DNA of 64,000 bases from NCBI GenBank assembly GCA_963754315.1, contig CAVWFS010000001.1, positions 64,001-128,000 on the forward strand, written 5' to 3'. The notes beneath the pieces are model-generated. The model saw only the letters and a program-made list of their open reading frames with translations, was not told the origin of the DNA and made no database searches. Within the stretch, counting starts at the first letter, position 1; every line of letters begins with the position of its first letter. Of the stretch, positions 57,866-64,000 are shown piece after piece. Source of the stretch: an uncultured Candidatus Rokubacteria bacterium. Lineage in GTDB: Bacteria; Methylomirabilota; Methylomirabilia; Rokubacteriales; CSP1-6. A program made the position numbers and the translations under genes.

Positions 57866-57877
57866 CGGGGTACGCCC

Positions 57878-58558
57878 ATGACCGCCCAGCGCCTGGTGCG
57901 GACCATCGATCAGGTCAGCTACTGGTCGGGCAAGGCCTGCGCGTGGTTGATCGTGGCCCTCACCCTGGTCGTCTGCGTCGAGGTGTTCAAGCGCTACATC
58001 CTGAACGCTCCCACCGCCTGGATCTTCGACTTCAACAACATGCTCTACGGCACCTTGTTCATGATGTGCGGGGCCTACACCTTGGCGCAAGGCGGACACG
58101 TGCGGGCCGACTTCGTGTACGGGCGTCTGCAGCCGCGCACCCAGGCCACCCTCGACCTGGCCCTCTACGTCCTGTTCTTTGTTCCGGGGATCCTGGCCTT
58201 GATCTATGCGGGGTACGACTACGCGCGCGACTCATGGCTGATCGGGGAGCACTCGACAGTCACGGCCGAGGGGCCGCCTGTGTACCACTTCAAGTCGGTC
58301 ATTCCGGTGGCGGGAGTGCTGGTCATGCTGCAAGGGCTGGCCGAGATCATCCGGTGCGTGGTATGCATGCGCACCGGAGTGTGGCCTGCTCGCCTGAAGG
58401 ACGTGGAGGAAATCGACGTCGTCGGCGAGCAGCTGGCGCGGAGCGAGTTCGTCGACGAGGAATCGCGCCGGGCTGCCGTGGAATCGGCCCACGCCATCGA
58501 CGAAGCGGCGCATCACCGGGCCACGGTCGACACCACGGAAGGCCGCCCTCGTGAGTGA
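57878..58558 (+). CDS. TRAP small permease DctQ
   Basis: RYILNAPT.W, GAYTL..GHVRAD, LQGLAE. Confidence 0.9.
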   Translation: MTAQRLVRTIDQVSYWSGKACAWLIVALTLVVCVEVFKRYILNAPTAWIFDFNNMLYGTLFMMCGAYTLAQGGHVRADFVYGRLQPRTQATLDLALYVLFFVPGILALIYAGYDYARDSWLIGEHSTVTAEGPPVYHFKSVIPVAGVLVMLQGLAEIIRCVVCMRTGVWPARLKDVEEIDVVGEQLARSEFVDEESRRAAVESAHAIDEAAHHRATVDTTEGRPRE

Positions 58559-60661
58559 TCCCGCGCTCGGCCTGACCATGCTCGGGCTCATCGTGATCGC
58601 CATCATGATGGGGTTTCCGACTGCGTTCACCCTGATGGGACTCGGGATGGTGTTCGGGTACCTCGCGTTCTGGGATCCCTCCCACCCCTGGCTCGACAAC
58701 AAGATCTTCGATCTCATGGTGCAGCGGACCTACGGGGTGATGACCAACGACACCCTGCTCTCCGTTCCCCTGTTCGTGTTCATGGGGTACATCATCGAAC
58801 GCGCGGCGCTCGTGGACCGGATGTTCTTCAGCGTGCAGCTGGCCTTCCGGCGTCTTCCCGGATCGCTCGCGGTGACCACCTTGCTCGTGTGCGCCTTCTG
58901 GGGTATTGCCTCCGGCATCGTGGGGGCGGTCGTCGTCCTGATGGGTGTGATCGCGATGCGGCCGATGCTGAACGCCGGCTACGACGTGCGACTGGCGTCG
59001 GGAGCCATCACGGCCGGCGGGACCCTTGGTATCCTGATCCCGCCGTCGGTCATGTTGATCGTCTATGCAGCGGTGGCCGGTCAGTCGATCGTGAAGCTCT
59101 ACGCGGCAGCCATGTTACCTGGCTTCTTCCTGACCTTCCTCTACCTCGTGTACATCATCGGATGGGCCGTTCTCAATCCCAAGGTGGCGCCCAGGCTGCC
59201 CGCCGACAAGTACCGGATACCGGTGCCGGGGTGGATAGAGCGGCTGCAGCGGGGCTCATCGCAACGCGTGGTGGGGGGACTCTTGGCGGCCGTGCTGCGA
59301 CCGAGCGTCCGTCGAGGCCTGCAGACACCAGACGGTCACGCCGTCGGCTATGGCCTGGTTCTCCGCAACCTGCTCACGGTGACCGTCCCGTTCGCGCTCA
59401 CGGTTGGTCTCTTTGCGGCGGGCTGGTGGTATGTGGTCATCTACAACGCCCCCTCGGCCACAGCCATGGTTTCTCCGGGAGCGCCCGTTGCATCCGTGGG
59501 AGCTCAGCCGGTCAAACCGCCAGAACTTGGGAGGGCAGTCTCCGACAAGCCCCAGGAACTGGGAGTGGCCGCTCCTGCCAAGCCCGAGGAGCTCGGCGCG
59601 GCCGAGCCCGACAAGCCGAGGAACTCGGAGCGGCCGAGTCTTCACCGGCCTCCGCCGAAGCGCCGGCGGCGGTGGATGCCCCTCCCCAGGAAGTCGGGAC
59701 CCTCGTGGCCGATCCGGGCGCATCAACAGCGGGCAGGATCCCCGAGCACTTCGCCTTGTGGTTTTGGGCCTGTGCCGTGCTCTCCGCGATCGTGCTGGGG
59801 ATCTACTACTGGCGCATGGACGGTGAGCAGCTGCAGATCCTGAAGGAACTCGTGGTGTCCGTGGTGCCGCTCGGCGTGCTTACCGTCGTCGTCCTCGCCG
59901 TGATCCTGCTCGGGATAACCACCGCCACCGAATCGGCGGCGGTGGGCGCCCTGGGCGCGATCTATCTGGCCGCCTTCGCGAAATCGCCGCGACCGGCCCT
60001 CTGGTCGAGCCTGGTAGGCGGCATCATCGGCCTCGCTCTCGGCATGCGTCGGGGTGACCTGGCGACCTTGTTCGTCTCGGGCGCGCTCGGGGCGACCTTC
60101 GCCGGCGCGGTGGGTCCCTGGCTCAGAGGGCGCGAGGCCTCGCGCGAGCTCCTGGCCAACCTGAAGGAGTCGACCTTCCTCACCGCCAAGACGACGGCGA
60201 TGGTGTGCTGGCTGTTCGTGGGCTCCGCGCTCTTCTCCGGCGTGTTCGCCCTGCACGGCGGCCAGTCGCTGATCGAGCGCTGGGTGCTGGGTATGAATCT
60301 GTCACCGCTCGGGTTCCTGATTCTGTCCCAGCTCATCATTTTCCTGCTCGGCTGGCCGCTGGAGTGGACGGAGATCATCGTGATCTTCGTCCCCATCTTC
60401 ATTCCGCTCCTGAGCCACTTCCACGTGGATCCCCTGCTGTTCGGGACCATGGTGGCCGTGAATCTCCAGGCAGCGTTTCTCTCGCCGCCGGTGGCCATGT
60501 CGGCCTTCTATCTGAAGGGCGTGTCCCCGCCCCATGTGACGCTCGCCCAGATCTTTGCGGGGATGATGCCGTACATGCTGATCGTCATCGTCTGTCTGGC
60601 CTTCATGTACCTCTGGCCGGGTATGACGCTCTGGCTGCCGCAGTTCCTGTACGGCGGCTGA
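58551..60661 (+). CDS. TRAP large permease DctM with large insertions, -1 indel near 59616
   Basis: VPLFVFMG, GTLGILIPPS, TATESAAVG, LEWTEI, AFLSPP split over two frames. Confidence 0.88.
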
Positions 60662-60664
60662 GCA

Positions 60665-61993
60665 ATGGATCTGCACCGACTGACCGCCTCCGAGGCGGCC
60701 CACCTGATCCGACAGGGGGTCATTAGCTCGGAGCAACTGGTCGACGGCTGCTTGGCCCGCGTCCGCGAGGCGGACCCGCAGGTCCAAGCGTGGGCCTTCC
60801 TCGATCCCGAGTACGCGCTCGCCCAGGCGCGCGCCGCCGACGACTGGCGGCGCTTGGGACGACCGACAGGCCCCCTGCACGGGGTTCCCGTGGGCATCAA
60901 GGACATCTTCGACACCGCCGACATGCCGACCGAGCACGGGTCGCCCCTCTACCGTGGCCACACGCCAGCGGGTGACGCAGCCGTGGTGGCCCGGCTGCGA
61001 GCGTCGGGCGCGCTCGTCCTGGGCAAGACCGTGACGACGGAATTCGCCAGCCGCACGCCCGGCAAGACCCGGAACCCTCACAACCCGGCGCACACACCCG
61101 GGGGATCGTCCAGCGGCTCGGCGGCGGCGGTGGCGGCAGACATGGTGCCGCTCGCCCTCGGCAGCCAGACGGGCGGCTCGACCATCCGGCCGGCATCGTT
61201 CTGCGGCGTGTACGGTTTCAAGCCGACGCACGGTCTCATCACTCGTCACGGTATGCTCAGGCTCTCGCGCACCCTGGATCACGTCGGCCTATTCGCGCGA
61301 ACGATCGAGGACATCGCGCTGCTCGCCGAGCAACTCGCCGGCTACGACGAGCGTGACCCCGACTCGCACCGCATGGCCCAGGTCCCGTACAGCCAGATGG
61401 CCGCCGAGGAGCCACCGCTGGCGCCGATGTTCGCCTTCGTGAAAACCTCCAGCTGGGACGGCGTCACCGACGAGACCAAAGAGGCGTTCGCGGAGCTGAC
61501 GGGACGACTGGGCGATCGGGTCGAGGAGGTCGAGCTGTCGGAAGCAGCCGCCGAGGCGGCCGAGTGGCATCAGGTCATCATGGAGGCCGAGATGGCCCTG
61601 AATCTGGGTCCCGAGTGGGAACGAGGCCGCGCTCAGCTTTCGGACTCCTTGTGCGCGCGACTCGAGCGGGGCCAGGCGGTACGCGCCATCGACTACCTAC
61701 GGGCGCGAACCCGCGGACCCGAGCTGCACGAGAGCCTCGCCGAGCTATTCACCCTGCGCTACGATGCCATCCTCACCCCAGCTGCTGCCGGGACAGCGCC
61801 CCCTGGTCTCACGTCGACGGGAGACCCGGCCTTCTGTACCTTGTGGACCCTGTGTGGCATGCCGGCGGTCAGCGTGCCGCTCATGCAGGGTGCGCACGAC
61901 CTCCCGCTCGGTGTGCAGCTGGTTGGCCCGCGCCATGGGGACGCGCGGCTGTTGCGTACGGCGCGCTGGCTGGTTACCCAGCTGCGGTCCTAG
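60665..61993 (+). CDS. Amidase signature family protein
   Basis: GPLHGVPVGIKD, TPGGSSSGSAAAVA, GSQTGGSTIRPASFCG. Confidence 0.93.
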   Translation: MDLHRLTASEAAHLIRQGVISSEQLVDGCLARVREADPQVQAWAFLDPEYALAQARAADDWRRLGRPTGPLHGVPVGIKDIFDTADMPTEHGSPLYRGHTPAGDAAVVARLRASGALVLGKTVTTEFASRTPGKTRNPHNPAHTPGGSSSGSAAAVAADMVPLALGSQTGGSTIRPASFCGVYGFKPTHGLITRHGMLRLSRTLDHVGLFARTIEDIALLAEQLAGYDERDPDSHRMAQVPYSQMAAEEPPLAPMFAFVKTSSWDGVTDETKEAFAELTGRLGDRVEEVELSEAAAEAAEWHQVIMEAEMALNLGPEWERGRAQLSDSLCARLERGQAVRAIDYLRARTRGPELHESLAELFTLRYDAILTPAAAGTAPPGLTSTGDPAFCTLWTLCGMPAVSVPLMQGAHDLPLGVQLVGPRHGDARLLRTARWLVTQLRS

Positions 61994-63172
61994 GCGTTGG
62001 CGGTAGCCGTCACCGCTGGCCGTAGCACCAGCGAGAGGGGGATGGTCACGAGGACGACCGCCCCCACGATGGCAAGTGTCATCGGCACCCCCAAGTTATC
62101 GCTCACCACGCCGTACAGCGAAGGCGCCAGCGCCGAGCAGCCAATGCTGAGCGTGTAATACAACCCGTACGCACGCGCCCGACGCTCGGGAGCGACGAGG
62201 TCGGCCACCGTCCCGTACAGGACAGACGACGTGCCGTTCAGGGCGAGGCCCAGCACCGGCAGCACGGTCAGGGCGATTCCCAGGGGGGCCAGCACCACCG
62301 TAAAGATCCCGATCGCGGTCGCGGCTTCAGTGAGCACCACCGCGCGGATCACGCCGATCCGCTCCGCTAGCAAGCCACAGGCGAACTTCCCCGCCGCGCC
62401 TCCCGCGAAGAGGAGGGCGAAGGCCCCGCCGACGCCGGCCACGGTCAAGCCCTTGGCGATCAGCAGGAACGGGAGAAATGTGAGGAAAGGGGAGCGCGTC
62501 GCATTGTCGATCATGCCGATGGCGGACAGGGCCTGAAAGCCGCGGGCATCACGGATCCCCCAGCTTCCGCTGCCGCCGGTGCCCTCCACCGGTACTGCCT
62601 CGACATGGCCGGCCGATAGTCGGCGCAGCAATACGGCGATGACGACGGCGGCGGCAAGACCGAAAATGCCGAACACACCGGCGGACACGCGCCAACCGAT
62701 CAGGGTGGTACCGAACGCCACCATGGCCGGCAGCGCGACCTTCCCGAGGTCACCGGAGAAGTTGTACGTTCCAAGCGCGGCGCGCCGGGCGCCAGTCTCG
62801 AACGCCCTGGACACGATTGTCGAACGACAGCGGGTGCTGGACCCCGGACGCGAGCCCGGCGACGAGCAGCAAGAGGCCGAGGGTCATGAATCCTCCCGCC
62901 CCGCCCGCCATCACGAAGACGGCTGCCGTGACCGCAGTGCCGACCGTCAGCACCCGCGGTTCGCCAAGGCGCTCGGCCAGGAGGCCGGCCGGGATCTGGA
63001 AGATGGCCATGCCGCCGCTATAGAGCGTCCGGAGGAATCCGACCTCGGCGAACGAAAGCGCGAACTCGGCCGTCCAGATCGGCAGCAGGATGTAGACGAT
63101 ATCGGAGAAGCCATCGTGCAGAAAATGAGCTCCGCACGCCACCGCGAGGACGGCCTGACTCGCACGCTTCAT
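61990..63172 (-). CDS. MFS transporter (Fsr-like), +1 indel near 62823
   Basis: HFLHDG, GLLAERLG, QHPL in one frame; ALGTYNFSGDLGK and GLLAERIG in the next. Confidence 0.85.
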
Positions 63173-63234
63173 CGCCCGATCATGGCTCGCTGGTCCCGCC
63201 CGTTCAAGTAGAATGCGGGAGCGTGGAGGTGGAG

Positions 63235-63867
63235 ATGATCAGCATTACGCGGGTCTATACACGCACGGGCGATCAGGGGGAGACGGCGCTCGTCGGAGGC
63301 AAGCGGGTCCCCAAGGATTCTCCCCGTATCGTGGCCTACGGCACCATCGACGAGCTGAACGCAGCGGTCGGGCTCGCGCGGACGTTCAACGAAGGCCGGC
63401 GCGCCGAGGCCGAGCACGCGCGCTGGCTCGACGAGACCCTGCGTCGCATCCAGAACGAGCTGTTCGATCTCGGCAGCGAGCTGGCCACCCCTCCTGACGG
63501 GGAATACGAGGGCATGTTCCGCGTGAGCGAGGCCGAAGTGACCGCGCTCGAGCAGCTCATGGACGAGTGCCAGCAAGATCTCGAGCCATTGAAGTCGTTC
63601 GTGCTTCCGGGAGGGGGCCGCGTCAACGCCTTCCTTCATCTGGCCCGGACCGTCTGTCGCCGCGCCGAGCGTGAGATCTTGGCTCTCTCGCGCGTCGAGC
63701 CGATCGGCCCATGGCCCCTCCGCTACGTCAACCGCTTGAGCGACGTGTTCTTCGTCCTCAGCCGGTGGGCCGCCAAACGCCTGGACGAGAAGGAGTACCT
63801 GTGGGAGCGCGGGCTGCGGAGCCACGAGCGCCGGCGGCCCCCCGGGAAAACCGACCCGGCCGCTTGA
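63235..63867 (+). CDS. PduO-type ATP:cob(I)alamin adenosyltransferase
   Basis: VYTRTGDQGET, YGTIDELN, QNELFDLG, FVLPGG, RTVCRRAER, NRLSD. Confidence 0.94.
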   Translation: MISITRVYTRTGDQGETALVGGKRVPKDSPRIVAYGTIDELNAAVGLARTFNEGRRAEAEHARWLDETLRRIQNELFDLGSELATPPDGEYEGMFRVSEAEVTALEQLMDECQQDLEPLKSFVLPGGGRVNAFLHLARTVCRRAEREILALSRVEPIGPWPLRYVNRLSDVFFVLSRWAAKRLDEKEYLWERGLRSHERRRPPGKTDPAA

Positions 63868-63872
63868 GCCGT

Positions 63873-64000
63873 TCAGGACCTTTCGGGAGGACGAGGCGCC
63901 GTCGCCACGAACACGACGACGGTCAGCACGGCCATCCCCAGCACGAGCCCCAGGAAAGCGCAAAGCTTTGCTGATGCGTGCGCGCGGTGCCGAGCACCGC
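63873..64000 (-). CDS. 3' end of a possible membrane protein (partial)
   Basis: Open frame ...CAFLGLVLGMAVLTVVVFVATAPRPPERS* running in from the window edge. Confidence 0.4.
   Translation of the reverse strand, partial: GARHRAHASAKLCAFLGLVLGMAVLTVVVFVATAPRPPERS

Noticed and set aside
1..64000. rRNA, tRNA, CRISPR arrays, transposases, integrases or prophage genes
   Set aside because: None recognised; nearly all of the sequence is accounted for by the listed CDSs and short intergenic gaps.

Overview
GC-rich bacterial chromosomal window. Gene content and intergenic repeat style suggest Ca. Rokubacteria/Methylomirabilota (inference, not tested). About 1-24 kb is mostly housekeeping: two histidine kinases, a thioesterase, yebC-ruvCAB, DUF2905, spoIID, csaA, bfr-bfd, queA-tgt-yajC-secDF, rel, rpmB, recG, rsmD, coaD and an aminotransferase. 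About 24-64 kb is accessory catabolism and transport: a split molybdenum hydroxylase, CoA ligases, an HpaB-like hydroxylase, a Liv-type ABC system, enamidase, alpha-amylase, TAXI and TRAP transporters, a UbiD/enolase/diiron oxidase/Rieske/GlcG cluster, amidase, MFS and PduO. The most striking unexplained unit is 18158-19521: a sigma70 promoter with a perfect palindromic operator, an orphan AbiEi-like gene with no toxin, two tandem 12-13 aa poly-lysine micro-ORFs each with a perfect Shine-Dalgarno, and a double hairpin. Other notable items are a pair of paralogous HxH membrane proteins with a His-His periplasmic protein heading an ABC/TlpA operon, a DtxR-type box before bfd, a 130-bp palindromic MITE-like element, a GH63 gene remnant, and six single-base indels after 49.5 kb that look like sequencing errors. 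No rRNA, tRNA, CRISPR array or transposase was recognised. All family calls come from motif recognition by eye; no database search was run.
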